NCBI GenBank assembly: GCA_965198115.1
Contig: OZ240241.1
Location: 1,056,001 to 1,120,000, forward strand
DNA from: Candidatus Latescibacterota bacterium
GTDB lineage: Bacteria; Latescibacterota; UBA2968
Reading direction: 5' to 3'
DNA length: 64,000 nt
A model generated the notes under the pieces. The model was not told where the DNA came from, did no database searches, and saw only the letters and a list, made by a program, of their open reading frames with translations. Below, piece by piece: positions 41,450 through 53,000 of this stretch. Every line of letters begins with the position of its first letter. The stretch's first letter is position 1. Made by a program: the position numbers and the translations under genes.

Positions 41450-42121
41450 ATGAATCGAAAACGTTTGACGAAAGAGGACCTCAAAGAAGACGAGGTCTTG
41501 ACGACGTTCTACCGTGCCATCGGATATGCAGAGGCAAATTATCCCAAGATTCTGGCCGGCATCGGGGCCGTCGTCGTCGCTGTCTTGATTGGTTTATTCA
41601 TCAAGAACAATGCCGACAAACGCCAAAGGGCCGCCGTAGACGCCCTTGGTCAAATTCAGATCTCGATGATGCAGGGACAGATGGATGCAGCCCTGGCACG
41701 GGCGGAGCAACTGACGCGGGACCACGAAGGAACCCGCATCGCCGCACAAGCACTCCTGACCCTGGGGAATGCCTACTACGGGACCGGGCGTTACGAAGAA
41801 GCTCGCTCGACTTTCCAGAGATACCTAGACGCCTACGGTTCTACCGGCCCCGATGGCTACGGGGCGTGGGTGAGCGTGGGCGCCTGTCTCGAGCAGACGC
41901 AGAATGCGGTCGCTGCGGCGGATCACTATACGCAGTTCGCGGACACGCACGCCGGTTCGCCGTATTCGCCACTCGCGCTCCTCGAAGCAGCTCGGTCGCA
42001 CAGAGAAGCCGGAAACCGTCAGCAAGCCATTGCGGCGCTGGCCCGAATCACGAGCGATTATGGTGATGCCAGCGTCAAACGCGAAGCAGAGGCACAGCTT
42101 CGAATGTTGGGCGCGTCGTAG
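41450..42121 (+). CDS. YfgM-like membrane-anchored TPR protein
   Basis: RLTKEDLKEDE N-terminus, one TM helix, TPR-like helices. Confidence 0.75.
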   Translation: MNRKRLTKEDLKEDEVLTTFYRAIGYAEANYPKILAGIGAVVVAVLIGLFIKNNADKRQRAAVDALGQIQISMMQGQMDAALARAEQLTRDHEGTRIAAQALLTLGNAYYGTGRYEEARSTFQRYLDAYGSTGPDGYGAWVSVGACLEQTQNAVAAADHYTQFADTHAGSPYSPLALLEAARSHREAGNRQQAIAALARITSDYGDASVKREAEAQLRMLGAS

Positions 42122-42232
42122 CTCGCCAGACCACGCTTCTGCCATCCCGCCGAACGCCCAATTCCAGTATAAGATACATTATGTAAACTTGAGCTCGTTC
42201 TGAGCTTTCGGTCACGATCTGGAGATCCCCTC

Positions 42233-43327
42233 TTGTCCATCCCGAGTACTGCACTCTACGACCGCCACGTCTCTGCGGGTGCTCGCATCGTTCCCTTTGC
42301 GGGGTGGGAAATGCCGGTGCAGTACTCGGGCATCCGACAAGAGCACACGGCGGTTCGAACCCACGCCGGTCTGTTCGACGTTTCCCACATGGGTCAACTT
42401 GAATTTCACGGGAATGCCGGATTCGGGTGTTTGCAAAGGTTAACGACGAGCGATGTGTCGAAATTGCGTGTAGGGCGCTGTCAATACAGCTTTTTTGTGA
42501 ACGAAGCCGGCGGAACGGTCGATGATGCCATGGTTTACCGTGTTGAGGAAGACCGCATCCTCGTGGTCGTAAACGCATCGAATACCGAGAAGATCGAAAG
42601 CCACGTTCGGGCTCATTTGACTGCGACAGAAGAAGATGCGGTGAGAAATTCAAGCGAGGAGTGGAATCTGATCGCCTTACAGGGCCCGGAGGCTCGGGAG
42701 GTTCTTCGAGGTCTGGGCACCCCCGAGGAACTGGTCTCACTCCCCTTCCACGCTGTCGCTCCAGGTGAGTTGCTCGGGGTGACCACGTATGTGGCCGCTT
42801 CCGGTTATACAGGCGAGAATGGATACGAAATTTTCGTGAAGGACGGAGTAGAAACCGTGTGGGACGGTCTTGTCGACGCGGGTGGAGCGTCCTTTCGCCT
42901 TTGCGGGCTGGGGGCGCGAGACACGCTTCGTTTGGAGGCATCGCTGGCCCTGTATGGCCACGAACTCGACGAAGAAACGACCCCGATCGAGGCTGGACTG
43001 GGATTCGCCGTTTCCAGCGGCGATTACTTGGGATCGGACGTCCTCGCCCGACAGAAGGAGTCTGGGCCGGCGAAACGCCTCGTCTCCCTTGTTCTGGCAG
43101 ACCGGGCAATCCCGAGGCAGGGCTGTCCGGTCGAGTCCGTCGACGGCGAAGTGGTCGGAATCGTTACCAGCGGCACCATGGCTCCCTGGCTGAACAAGCC
43201 GATTGCGATGGCCTACGTTCAGCCAGGAAACCACGGGATTGGGACGCGATTGAACGTCGATGTGCGAGGCAGAAAAGCGGCGGGAAAGGTCGTAAAACGT
43301 CCGTTCTACAAGCGTCCAGCGAGCTGA
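42233..43327 (+). CDS. gcvT: Glycine cleavage T protein
   Basis: [40 protein letters not shown]. Confidence 0.95.
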   Translation: MSIPSTALYDRHVSAGARIVPFAGWEMPVQYSGIRQEHTAVRTHAGLFDVSHMGQLEFHGNAGFGCLQRLTTSDVSKLRVGRCQYSFFVNEAGGTVDDAMVYRVEEDRILVVVNASNTEKIESHVRAHLTATEEDAVRNSSEEWNLIALQGPEAREVLRGLGTPEELVSLPFHAVAPGELLGVTTYVAASGYTGENGYEIFVKDGVETVWDGLVDAGGASFRLCGLGARDTLRLEASLALYGHELDEETTPIEAGLGFAVSSGDYLGSDVLARQKESGPAKRLVSLVLADRAIPRQGCPVESVDGEVVGIVTSGTMAPWLNKPIAMAYVQPGNHGIGTRLNVDVRGRKAAGKVVKRPFYKRPAS

Positions 43328-43337
43328 CTCGGGCCCG

Positions 43338-45773
43338 TCAGATCACGACGTTGACGAGCCGATTCGGGACCACGATGACTTTCCTGGGCGTCCTGCCCTC
43401 CAGATGTTTCTGAACGTTCTCTTGATCGAGTGCCAGCCGTTCCACTTCTTCCTTCGGGGCATCCGGCGACACGTCGAATTTTGCCCTGACCCTTCCGTTG
43501 ACCTGAACGGGCATTTCGATCGTCGACGGTTTCGCGAGGTCGGCATCCCACTCCGGCCAGGGCTGATCGTGAACACTGTACTCCCCACCCGCCCGTTCCC
43601 ACAGTTCTTCGGCAAAAAAGGGCGTGATGGGCGCCAGGAGCAGGATCATCGCCCGTCCCGCTTCTTCCCACGACGGCGTACCGTGCAAGCCCTCCGATTT
43701 CGCCTTCTGAAGACCGTTCGTAAAGGTCATCAGGGCTGCGACAGCGGTGTTGAAATTGAACGTGTCGATGTCTTCGGTCACCTTCCGAATCGTCTGGTGT
43801 GTCAGCTGCCTCAACTCATCTTCGGATCCGACGCACGTTTCGTCCGTTTCTGGCGAATCGACCAGGAGCGACCAGGTCCGATTCAGAAATCGGGGCGCTC
43901 CCTCCATACTTGCCGAGTTCCAGGGTCCGCCCTGGTCCCACCTGCTGATAAACATCAGATAAAGCCGGACTGCATCAGTCCCGTGCTTGCCGATCAGTTC
44001 ATCGGGATTGACGACGTTTCCTCGTGACTTGCTCATTTTCTCCGAGTCTTCACCGACAATGATTCCTTGGTTGAACAGGGATGCCATGGGTTCGTCGTCT
44101 TCTACCAGACCGACGTCCCTCATGGCCTTCGTGAAGAACCGTGTGTAGAGCAAATGCATCGTGGCGTGCTCGATGCCACCTGTGTATTGGTCTACCGGCA
44201 GCCAGTAGTTTCCCTCTTCAGGATCGAAAGGCCCCCCTGAGAAGCTGGGGCTCAAATAGCGATACTGATACCACGAGGAGCAGATGAACGTGTCCATCGT
44301 GTCCGTCTCTCGAACCGCCGGTTCGCCACACTTGGGACACGTCGTCTGCTTGAACTCTTCGTGGAGCTTCAGCGGCGACTCGCCCGTCGGCAGAAACTCA
44401 GCGTCATCCGGCAAGAGAACGGGCAAATCCTCCTCGGGGACGGGAACGATCCCGCAAATGGGGCATTCGACCGTGGGGATGGGGCAGCCCCAGTAGCGCT
44501 GACGCGATATCAGCCAATCGTGGAGACGGTAGTTGATCCGTCTCTCCCCGATCCCCCGCGATTCCAGTGCATCGGCCACGGCTTCCCATCCCTTTTCCGA
44601 CGGCATCCCGTCGAACGGGCCGGAATTGACCATCGTCCCCTCGCCCGTATACGCTGCTTCAGGGGGATCACCATCCCATCCTTCCTGGGCGATGACGACC
44701 GGAATGTCGATCCCGTAGCGAACGGCGAAGTCGAAGTCGCGCTCATCGTGGGCAGGAACGGCCATAATCGCCCCGGTTCCATACGTGGTGAGTACGTAGT
44801 CGGCCACGTAGATCGGAACCTTCGCGTCCGTGAGCGGGTGGATGGCATAGGCACCCGTGAAGACCCCGTCTCTCTCTTTCTCTGTCGACAGCCTTTCGAT
44901 CTCGGTTTGTCGTGTCGCCTTCTCACGATACGCTTCGACTTCGGCCCTTTGGGCTTCCGTAGCGATCGTATCGACCAGGTTGTGTTCGGGCGCCAGCACG
45001 GTGAACGTCACTCCGTAGACGGTGTCGGGGCGCGTCGTAAACACCCGAAACGCCGCGTCGTGACCGGAGACAGCCATTCCGAACTCAACGCCCTCGCTGC
45101 GACCGATCCAATTCGTCTGCATGGCCTTCACGCGATCGGGCCAGTCGATTTCCGAAAAGTCGAGCAGCTCCTCCGCGTAATCGGTGATCTTGAGGTACCA
45201 TTGCTCCAGGTCCTTCTTGATCACGGGTGTTTCGCACCGCTCGCAGTGTCGGTCGTCGCCCCAGACTTGCTCCCGTGCAAGGGTTGTGTTGCACTGAGGA
45301 CACCAGTCCACGGGTGACAACTGTTTGTAGGCCAGACCGTGTTTGTGGAACTGGAGAAAAAGCCACTGCGACCAACGGTAGTATTCGGCGTCCGACGTAA
45401 TCGTCTCCCGTTTCCAGTCGAACATCGCGCCCATCGACCGTAGCTGGCGACGCATGGTGTCGATGTTTTCGTAGGTCCAGCTCACCGGGTGAACGTTTCT
45501 TTGAATAGCCGCGTTCTCGGCAGGAAGACCGAACGCATCGAAGCCCATCGGAAAGAGCACGTTGTATCCACGCATCCGCATCCAGCGCGCCCGCACGTCC
45601 GACGGCGCCATGGCATACCAGTGGCCGATGTGCAGGTCACCCGACGTGTAAGGGAGCATGGTGAGCGCGTAGTGCTTGGGACGACTTTTGTCGATTTCGC
45701 TTCGGTAGATGTCCGTGTCGGCCCATCTGGTCTGCCATTTGTCTTCTGCGTTTTTGAAATCGTAGTCGCTCAT
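43338..45773 (-). CDS. leuS: Leucine-tRNA ligase
   Basis: HIGH, FTTRPDT, SRQRYWG, KMSKS. Confidence 0.97.
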   Translation of the reverse strand: MSDYDFKNAEDKWQTRWADTDIYRSEIDKSRPKHYALTMLPYTSGDLHIGHWYAMAPSDVRARWMRMRGYNVLFPMGFDAFGLPAENAAIQRNVHPVSWTYENIDTMRRQLRSMGAMFDWKRETITSDAEYYRWSQWLFLQFHKHGLAYKQLSPVDWCPQCNTTLAREQVWGDDRHCERCETPVIKKDLEQWYLKITDYAEELLDFSEIDWPDRVKAMQTNWIGRSEGVEFGMAVSGHDAAFRVFTTRPDTVYGVTFTVLAPEHNLVDTIATEAQRAEVEAYREKATRQTEIERLSTEKERDGVFTGAYAIHPLTDAKVPIYVADYVLTTYGTGAIMAVPAHDERDFDFAVRYGIDIPVVIAQEGWDGDPPEAAYTGEGTMVNSGPFDGMPSEKGWEAVADALESRGIGERRINYRLHDWLISRQRYWGCPIPTVECPICGIVPVPEEDLPVLLPDDAEFLPTGESPLKLHEEFKQTTCPKCGEPAVRETDTMDTFICSSWYQYRYLSPSFSGGPFDPEEGNYWLPVDQYTGGIEHATMHLLYTRFFTKAMRDVGLVEDDEPMASLFNQGIIVGEDSEKMSKSRGNVVNPDELIGKHGTDAVRLYLMFISRWDQGGPWNSASMEGAPRFLNRTWSLLVDSPETDETCVGSEDELRQLTHQTIRKVTEDIDTFNFNTAVAALMTFTNGLQKAKSEGLHGTPSWEEAGRAMILLLAPITPFFAEELWERAGGEYSVHDQPWPEWDADLAKPSTIEMPVQVNGRVRAKFDVSPDAPKEEVERLALDQENVQKHLEGRTPRKVIVVPNRLVNVVI

Positions 45774-45819
45774 GGCGTTCGTTGCCTTTGTTGAAGGAGA
45801 TCTTGAAGCGCGTGATGGG

Positions 45820-47115
45820 TCAGGGCGTGAGACGTTGCAACATCCTCGGAAACGGGATCGTTTCTCTCACGTGACGCAGACCACAGATCCACGCGACTGT
45901 CCGCTCGATGCCCAGCCCGAATCCTGCGTGGGGCACGGACCCGTATCGTCGAAGGTCGAGATACCAGTTGAACGGCTCTTCATCAAGATCGTGTTCGGCG
46001 ATCTTTCGCCGGAGTTCCTCCAGATCATCCTCACGCTGTCCCCCACCCACGATTTCTCCATACCCCTCTGGCGCAAGCACGTCCATGCACAGCGCCACGC
46101 GTCCGTCGTCGGGATCGGTCTTCATGTAGAAAGCTTTACACGCAGCCGGATACCGATGGACGATGACGGGGCGATCGAATGCTTCGGCGAGAACGGTCTC
46201 TTCGTCTCCACCGAAATCATCGCCCCACACGTGATCCACACCCTTGCTCTTGAGGCGTTCGACGGCATCCGTGTAGGAAACGCGAGGGAAAGGTTTCTGC
46301 ACGCGCTCAAGCGCTGCCACGTCCCTCTCCAGAGATTCGAGTTCGGGGCGATGCTTTTCCAGCACTCGTTTAACGACGAATACGATGAAATCCTCGGCCA
46401 GATCCATGTCGCCATCCAGGTCCATGTAGGCGACCTCGGGCTCGACCATCCAGAATTCTGTCAGATGTCGGCGGGTCTTCGATTTTTCGGCCCTGAATGT
46501 GGGCCCGAAGCAATAGACTTTGCCAAAAGCCATGGCTCCCGCCTCGACGTAGAGCTGCCCACTCTGCGTCAGATAGGCGTTTTCGCCAAAGTAGTCGGTG
46601 GCGAACAGGGTGGTCGTCCCCTCACACGCATTGGGCGTGAAAATGGGCGCGTCGATGAGCGTATAGCCGTTGCTGTCGTAGTACTCTCGGCACGCGGCGA
46701 CGATCGAGCTGCGAACGCGCAGAATCGCGTGCTGGCGCGAGGATCTCAGCCAGAGATGGCGGTGGTCCATCAGGAAAGCCGTGCCGTGCTCCTTTGGCGT
46801 GATCGGATAGGGTTCGGCCTGATGGAGGACTTCCAGGGCGACGACGCCGAGCTCGAATCCAAGGGGCGATCGCTCGTCCTTTCGCACCTCACCCGTCACT
46901 CGTAAGGCACTCTCCTGGGTCAGATGCCCCGCGGCTTCGAAGGTCTCTTCGTCGACCTCCCCCTTGAAGACGACGCACTGGATGGTCCCCGTGCCATCAC
47001 GCACCTGCAGGAAATGGAGCTTCCCGCTCGATCGCTTGTTGTAGAGCCAGCCATTTATCGTGACCGTCAGGCCATCCGACCCTGCGATCGTACTGATGTT
47101 CACGCGCTCGTGCAT
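45820..47115 (-). CDS. asnS: Asparagine-tRNA ligase
   Basis: [39 protein letters not shown]. Confidence 0.95.
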   Translation of the reverse strand: MHERVNISTIAGSDGLTVTINGWLYNKRSSGKLHFLQVRDGTGTIQCVVFKGEVDEETFEAAGHLTQESALRVTGEVRKDERSPLGFELGVVALEVLHQAEPYPITPKEHGTAFLMDHRHLWLRSSRQHAILRVRSSIVAACREYYDSNGYTLIDAPIFTPNACEGTTTLFATDYFGENAYLTQSGQLYVEAGAMAFGKVYCFGPTFRAEKSKTRRHLTEFWMVEPEVAYMDLDGDMDLAEDFIVFVVKRVLEKHRPELESLERDVAALERVQKPFPRVSYTDAVERLKSKGVDHVWGDDFGGDEETVLAEAFDRPVIVHRYPAACKAFYMKTDPDDGRVALCMDVLAPEGYGEIVGGGQREDDLEELRRKIAEHDLDEEPFNWYLDLRRYGSVPHAGFGLGIERTVAWICGLRHVRETIPFPRMLQRLTP

Positions 47116-47128
47116 GATCCCGTTCACC

Positions 47129-48247
47129 TCAGACGTTAATCGTATCGCTGACGGGTGTGTAGGCCAGCTGCCAGGCCTCCGCCACGCCCTGATGAGTCAC
47201 CTTCCCCCTCACAACGTTGACGCCAGCGGCAACGTGAAGGTTTTCCGCGCTGGCCCGTTCCCACCCCTTGTCTGCGATTTCGCAGGCCAGGGACAGCGTC
47301 GCGTTCGTCAGGGCGAAGGTCGAAGTACGGGGGACGGCTCCGGGGATGTTGGTCACGCAGTAGTGGCTGACACCGTCGACCACATACGTCGGGTCACGAT
47401 GCGTCGTCGGCCGGCAGGTCTCCACGCAACCGCCTTGGTCCACGGCGACATCCACGATGACCGAGCCCGGCTTCATCTGCCGGATCATCTCCCTGGTGAC
47501 AAGCGTGGGCGCCTTCGCGCCGGCCCTCAACACCGCCCCAATTACGAGGTCCGCGGTCGTGACCACTTTGTCCAGATTATACGTGTTGGACACGAGCGTC
47601 GTCACATTGGCCGGCAGAATGTCGTCCAGGTAGCGCAGACGTTCGAGATCGATGTCCAGGACGAAAACATTCGCTCCCAACCCGGCGGCGATCCTCGACG
47701 CGTTGCTTCCGACGACCCCTCCCCCGAGTACGACGACATCGGCGGGTGCGACACCGGGCACCCCAGCGAGCAGGATTCCGCGACCTCCCTGGGGACTCTC
47801 GAGATACTTGGCCCCTTCCTGAACGGCCATCCTTCCAGCCACCTCGCTCATGGGAACGAGAAGAGGCAGCGTGCCCGAATCCGAGGTCACCGTCTCGTAG
47901 GCGATCGCGATCGCCCCCGTGTTCAGAAATCCTGTTGTAAGCTCTTCGCTCGCGGCGAAGTGAAAGTAGCAGAAAACGGTTTGGTCTTCCCGAATCAGGC
48001 AAAGTTCCGACGCCTGTGGCTCCTTCACCTTGACGATCAGGTCCGATTCGGCGTAGACGGCCTCGGCGTTCGATGCCAATCCCGCCCCCGAACGCTCATA
48101 GTCTTCGTCTTCAGCCCCCGAGGCCGAGCCGACACCACGTTCCACAACCACACGATGACCCGCGGCAACGAGGGCCTGGACACCCACAGGGAGCAACCCG
48201 GCCCGATTCTCGTCCGGCTTGATTTCTTTGGGGAGCCCGACGGTCAT
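47129..48247 (-). CDS. ald: Alanine dehydrogenase
   Basis: [36 protein letters not shown]. Confidence 0.95.
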   Translation of the reverse strand: MTVGLPKEIKPDENRAGLLPVGVQALVAAGHRVVVERGVGSASGAEDEDYERSGAGLASNAEAVYAESDLIVKVKEPQASELCLIREDQTVFCYFHFAASEELTTGFLNTGAIAIAYETVTSDSGTLPLLVPMSEVAGRMAVQEGAKYLESPQGGRGILLAGVPGVAPADVVVLGGGVVGSNASRIAAGLGANVFVLDIDLERLRYLDDILPANVTTLVSNTYNLDKVVTTADLVIGAVLRAGAKAPTLVTREMIRQMKPGSVIVDVAVDQGGCVETCRPTTHRDPTYVVDGVSHYCVTNIPGAVPRTSTFALTNATLSLACEIADKGWERASAENLHVAAGVNVVRGKVTHQGVAEAWQLAYTPVSDTINV

Positions 48248-48249
48248 TG

Positions 48250-49491
48250 TTACGGACCGACCGTAATCTGATGCATGCGGGGCGTATCAACCAGGGCCTG
48301 ACACGCTTCCCACACGCCCTCGAGGGTCACCCGTTCGATGTGGTCGATGGCGATCTGCGGCGCGTCATATCTTTGCAGATAGATCTCATCCCGGGCCAGG
48401 TTGCTCATACGGCGGTTGACGCTCTCGGCCCCCAGGATGAGCTCGCCACGGAGCTGGGCCTTTGCGCTATCGAGCTCGGTCGGAGTGACACCATCCCGTT
48501 TGAACCGGTTCAGCTCGTCCCAGATCACGTCGACGGCGCCGTCGAGGCGCGTACGATCACACGCCATGTATGCGCCGAACAGACCCGTGTCCTCGAGCAT
48601 TTCCAGATAGGAGTATACCGAGTAGGCCAGTCCGCGTTTCTCCCGAATCTCCTGGAACAGACGGGACGTCATGCCACCGCCGAGCACCGTGTCGGCCACG
48701 AGGAGATCGTATTGCCGGGGGTGGTCATAGGGCCACGCCGTCGTGCCGAGACAAAAGTGTGTTTGATTGATATCTCGGGGATAGTGCCGTACGACACGGT
48801 CGGCCCCCTTCGGGGCCAGCCGTTTCGGCCGTCTGATGTCGATCCCTTTCTTCGGAAAAAGGCGGCTGGCCAGCTCGACGATACGCTCGTGGTCCACGTT
48901 TCCGGCGGCGGAGAGCACGATGTTGCCGGGGTGGTAGTTCTGCGCGACGAAGCGATGCAGAATGTCGGACTCTATCCCCTTCAGACTATTCGGCGTTCCG
49001 AGTATGGGTGCCCCGACAGGGTGCCCGCCCCACACCGATTGAGCGAACAGGTCGTGAATCAGATCTTCGGGTGTGTCCTCGACGCTCTGGATCTCCTCGA
49101 GCACCACACGACGCTCCTTTTCGACCTCCTCCCGGTCGAACCGGGCGTTCAGAACCAGGTCGGCGAGCAGATCGACCGCCGTCGACCAGTGTTCGTCGAG
49201 GCACCGAATGTAATAGCACGTCACGTCGCGACTCGTGAACGCGTCCACACTCCCACCCAGCGACTCGATCCCGTTCACGATCTCGAACGCGTTACGTCGT
49301 TCCGTGCCCTTGAACACACAGTGCTCGACAAAATGGGCGATGCCGTGCTCGACGGGTCGCTCGTCACGCGTACCGATTCGGACCCAGAGCCCAATCGAAA
49401 CGGATCGCACGTGCTCCAAAGCCTCGGTAACGATGGTGAGCCCGTTGTCTAACCGTGTACGACAGAATTTTCCAGCAAGCATTTCATTCAA
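48250..49491 (-). CDS. M16 (pitrilysin) family peptidase
   Basis: HFVEH..FKGT, SRLFQEIREKRGLAYS. Confidence 0.92.
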   Translation of the reverse strand: MNEMLAGKFCRTRLDNGLTIVTEALEHVRSVSIGLWVRIGTRDERPVEHGIAHFVEHCVFKGTERRNAFEIVNGIESLGGSVDAFTSRDVTCYYIRCLDEHWSTAVDLLADLVLNARFDREEVEKERRVVLEEIQSVEDTPEDLIHDLFAQSVWGGHPVGAPILGTPNSLKGIESDILHRFVAQNYHPGNIVLSAAGNVDHERIVELASRLFPKKGIDIRRPKRLAPKGADRVVRHYPRDINQTHFCLGTTAWPYDHPRQYDLLVADTVLGGGMTSRLFQEIREKRGLAYSVYSYLEMLEDTGLFGAYMACDRTRLDGAVDVIWDELNRFKRDGVTPTELDSAKAQLRGELILGAESVNRRMSNLARDEIYLQRYDAPQIAIDHIERVTLEGVWEACQALVDTPRMHQITVGP

Positions 49492-49502
49492 TCCTGAAAG
49501 AG

Positions 49503-49531
49503 AAAAGACGACCGGAAGGGCCGGTCGTCCT
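49503..49531 (-). terminator. Terminator after pnp
   Basis: GACGACCGG-loop-CCGGTCGTC followed by TTTT on the minus strand. Confidence 0.65.
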
Positions 49532-49570
49532 CTCGTAGCGCCAAGTTCATCGATCCATGATCAAGAACGG

Positions 49571-51691
49571 CTACGGACGGTCTCCCTTGCCGCTTCGCTC
49601 TCTGGCCCCCCCGCCATCGGCGGGAGGGTCGAGAAGAACTTTCCGGCTCAGTCGAATTTTGCCCTGATCGTCGATTCCGATCACCTTGACCTTGCTCGTG
49701 TCTCCCTCCTTGAGGACGTCTTCGACCTTGCGAACCCGATGGTGTTCGAGTTCGGAAATGTGGCAGAGCCCGTCCTTGCCGGGAAGGATTTCGATGAACG
49801 CGCCAAAGTCGGTGACCCGTTTAACGGTCCCTTCGTAGATCTGTCCCACCTCCGGGTCCTCCACGAGGGCGCGAATCATGGCCATGGCCGATTCGCCGGC
49901 CTCCGGTTCGACCGAGGTTACCGTAATCATGCCGTCGTCCTCGACGCTCACGGTCACACCCAGTTCTTCGATGGACCTGATGGTCTTTCCACCGGGACCG
50001 ATCACGATGCCGATCTTCGACTGGTCGATCTTGATCGAAAGAATACGAGGCGCGAAGCGGGAGAGTTCTTCTCTCGGCGCGGGAATCGCCTCCTGCATCT
50101 TATCGAGAATGAAATTCAACGCGCCTCTCGCTCGCTTGAACGCTTCCTCCAGGATCTCGAAACTCACACCGCCGATCTTGATGTCCATCTGGACACTCGT
50201 CACGCCGTCCGACGTGCCCGTGATTTTGAGATCCATGTCTCCCAGGTGATCTTCGGCACCCAGAATGTCGGTCAAAACTTCCCATCGATCCCCCTCGATG
50301 ATCAGACCCACACCCGCGCCGGCGACCGGACACTTGACCGGCACGCCCGCGTCCATCAAGGCGAGCGATCCACCGCAGACCGTGGCCATCGAGGAGGAGC
50401 TGTTCGACTCGAGAATCTCCGAGACCACGCGAATCGTGTAGGGAAAATGCTCCTCGGACGGAACGACGGGTTCGATTGCCTTCTCGGCAAGGGCACCGTG
50501 TCCGATGTCGCGGCGGCTTGGTGCGCCCGGACGGCGGACCTCCCCCACGCTGAACGAAGGAAAGTTGTAGTCGAGCATGAAGCTCTTGAAAGACTTCCCC
50601 TCCAGGTCGTCGACCATGCGCGTGTCCATTTTGCTTCCGAGCGTCGTAGTACACAGCGCCTGGGTCTGGCCACGCGTGAAGATGGCCGATCCGTGCGCCC
50701 GCGGAAGCACGCCAATATCGATCGTGATCGGACGTATTTCGTCGATGGCGCGCCCGTCGATTCTGCGCTTCTCGTCGAGGACCATTCGGCGCATGTCGTG
50801 CTTGACGATGGCATCGAGCTCACCTGCGATTTCATCCTCCAGCTCGGGATAGGCTTCAGCCAGGGCTTCCTGGACTTCAGTCGACAGCTGTGACAGAACG
50901 GCGTCACGATCTTCTTTGACCGGAAGTCGGTTGGCGTCGTTCACACGCTGTTCGGCGAGCTGCCTGACTGCGGCGATGAGCTCCTCGTTCGCTTCGGGCT
51001 CGACGACCTCTCTTTTCGGCTTTCCGGCCCGATCGACCAACTCCTGCTGGAAGTCGATGATCTCGCAGATTGCCATGTGGGCGACCGAGAAGGCCTCCAG
51101 GACCTCTCCCTCGGGGATCTCGTGGCATTCGCCCTCGACGGCGATAATGCCTTCGCGATTGCCCGAGACGACCATGTCCATGTCGCTCTCTTCGCGCTGG
51201 CTGTTCGTCGGATTGACCAGAAACTCGCCGTCGACACGCCCGATGCGTACGGCGCCGATCGGGCCGTCGAAGGGGATGTCGGAAAGCATCACGGCCGCAC
51301 TGGCACCATTCATGGCCAGAACGGCCGCATCGTTTTCGCCGTCGTAGGATACGACGGTTACCATGACCATCGTCTCGACGTTCCGAAGCAGGAACAACGG
51401 TCGAATCTGATGATCGATCAGGCGTGCGTGCAGCTTTTCAGCGGTGGATGGGGCACCTTCTCTTTTGAAGAAATTGCCCGGAATCCTACCGCCCGCGTAG
51501 AACTTTTCGCGATAGTCGACGGTCAGTGGAAAGAAAGGCACATCGGATGCTTCCTTGTTCGCGACGGCCGCGACGAGTACGATCGTGTCGCCGTATCGCA
51601 TCCAGGCCGCACCGTTGGCCTGCTTGGCGACTCGACCCGTCTCGATCGACAGAGGTCGTCCCCCCAGGTCCATCTCTACTTTGTCTACCAT
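49571..51691 (-). CDS. pnp: Polynucleotide phosphorylase
   Basis: FFPLTVDY, RIDGR, FTRGQTQ, RRDIGHG, DHLGDMD, KH and S1 domains. Confidence 0.97.
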   Translation of the reverse strand: MVDKVEMDLGGRPLSIETGRVAKQANGAAWMRYGDTIVLVAAVANKEASDVPFFPLTVDYREKFYAGGRIPGNFFKREGAPSTAEKLHARLIDHQIRPLFLLRNVETMVMVTVVSYDGENDAAVLAMNGASAAVMLSDIPFDGPIGAVRIGRVDGEFLVNPTNSQREESDMDMVVSGNREGIIAVEGECHEIPEGEVLEAFSVAHMAICEIIDFQQELVDRAGKPKREVVEPEANEELIAAVRQLAEQRVNDANRLPVKEDRDAVLSQLSTEVQEALAEAYPELEDEIAGELDAIVKHDMRRMVLDEKRRIDGRAIDEIRPITIDIGVLPRAHGSAIFTRGQTQALCTTTLGSKMDTRMVDDLEGKSFKSFMLDYNFPSFSVGEVRRPGAPSRRDIGHGALAEKAIEPVVPSEEHFPYTIRVVSEILESNSSSSMATVCGGSLALMDAGVPVKCPVAGAGVGLIIEGDRWEVLTDILGAEDHLGDMDLKITGTSDGVTSVQMDIKIGGVSFEILEEAFKRARGALNFILDKMQEAIPAPREELSRFAPRILSIKIDQSKIGIVIGPGGKTIRSIEELGVTVSVEDDGMITVTSVEPEAGESAMAMIRALVEDPEVGQIYEGTVKRVTDFGAFIEILPGKDGLCHISELEHHRVRKVEDVLKEGDTSKVKVIGIDDQGKIRLSRKVLLDPPADGGGARERSGKGDRP

Positions 51692-51778
51692 ACTGCTAAA
51701 CCTCCAAGTGTTGCGATTGCTTTTTGGGCGATGGGTTGAGGGGAGTGTCGTGCCCAGAGAAGCGGAGTGTGCTCGGAA

Positions 51779-52048
51779 TCAACCTCTGATGCCGAGCTTG
51801 GATATGAGTTCGCGATAGCCTTCGAGATCTTTGCGCTGTACGTAACGCAGTAGCCTGCGTCGACGTCCAACGAGCTTGAGCAGACCCCGCCGGCCGTGGT
51901 GGTCCTTCTTGTGCGATTCGAAGTGCGTCGTTAAATCTTGAATCCGCTGGGTCAGCATCGCGATCTGTACGGCCGCTGAGCCCGTGTCGGATTCATTGAT
52001 CCGGTGGGCACCTATGACTTCGGACTTCTTTTCCTGCGTGAGAGCCAA
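51779..52048 (-). CDS. rpsO: 30S ribosomal protein S15
   Basis: DTGS..VQIA.LT, HKKDHH.RRGLL. Confidence 0.97.
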   Translation of the reverse strand: MALTQEKKSEVIGAHRINESDTGSAAVQIAMLTQRIQDLTTHFESHKKDHHGRRGLLKLVGRRRRLLRYVQRKDLEGYRELISKLGIRG

Positions 52049-52052
52049 CAGA

Positions 52053-53000
52053 TTACCTCCGCGTGATGGTTAACTCCCGACTGGCGAGCAAGGACCGAGC
52101 CTTGGTGACGTCAGTCGCGATCTGATGTTTGAGTTGTGGTAAACTTTCGAATTTGGCCTCGTCGCGGAGTCTGTGAACGAGATCCAACTTCAACTGCGTA
52201 CCGTATAGGTCATCCTCGAAGTCGAGCAGATGTGCCTCGAGACGAAGCGTTTGGCCCCCGACCGTCGGCCGCGAACCGTAGTTCACGACGGCCGCGCTCA
52301 ACCCCTCCGCCGTTTCGGCCCACCCTGTGTAGACGCCGGGTGGGGGCATCAGCTTCCTGTCCACGTCGACGTCTATGTTCGCTGTCGGGAATCCAATCTC
52401 TCGACCGCGTCGGTCTCCTTCCACCACGTCTCCGACGACAGGGTAGCCTCCACCCAGAAGAGCACCTGCCCCGACGAGATCGCCAGACGCGATGAGCGAG
52501 CGAACGCGTGTGCTACTGACCGGCAAGTCATCGACGTGCGAGGCCGCAACCGAATGGACCGAGAATCCGTGCGAGGACCCCAGGTCCCGGAGTGTACCGG
52601 AATCTCCGCTTCGATCTCGTCCGAAACCGTGATCGTGTCCGACGACGACGGAACTGGCACCCAGTCGTTCGACAATGTAGCGCGTGACGAATTCGAGTGG
52701 AGACAGGCTGCGGACACGGTCGTCGAACGGCACCACGGCCAACACGTCAATCCCGGCTGCGCCGATTCGCCACGCCCTTTCGTCCAGCGTGGTCAGGAGC
52801 GGAGGTGCGTGATCCGGGTCGATGACCTGACGCGGATGGGGGTCGAAAGTGACGACCACCGAGTGACCGTCGCCATCCTGCGCAAGACGTCGCACTTCGT
52901 CCAGAACCGCCCGATGCCCGACGTGAACGCCATCGAACGTGCCGACCGTCACGACCGGTCTGCGGCAATCCGAGTTACGGTCAAGCGTGACGCGGCGCAT
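52053..53000 (-). CDS. ribF: Riboflavin kinase/FAD synthetase
   Basis: [29 protein letters not shown]. Confidence 0.95.
   Translation of the reverse strand: MRRVTLDRNSDCRRPVVTVGTFDGVHVGHRAVLDEVRRLAQDGDGHSVVVTFDPHPRQVIDPDHAPPLLTTLDERAWRIGAAGIDVLAVVPFDDRVRSLSPLEFVTRYIVERLGASSVVVGHDHGFGRDRSGDSGTLRDLGSSHGFSVHSVAASHVDDLPVSSTRVRSLIASGDLVGAGALLGGGYPVVGDVVEGDRRGREIGFPTANIDVDVDRKLMPPPGVYTGWAETAEGLSAAVVNYGSRPTVGGQTLRLEAHLLDFEDDLYGTQLKLDLVHRLRDEAKFESLPQLKHQIATDVTKARSLLASRELTITRR

Noticed and set aside
42122-42232. Glycine riboswitch before gcvT
   Set aside because: Only an isolated CTGGAGA is present; the other aptamer motifs and the space for them are lacking
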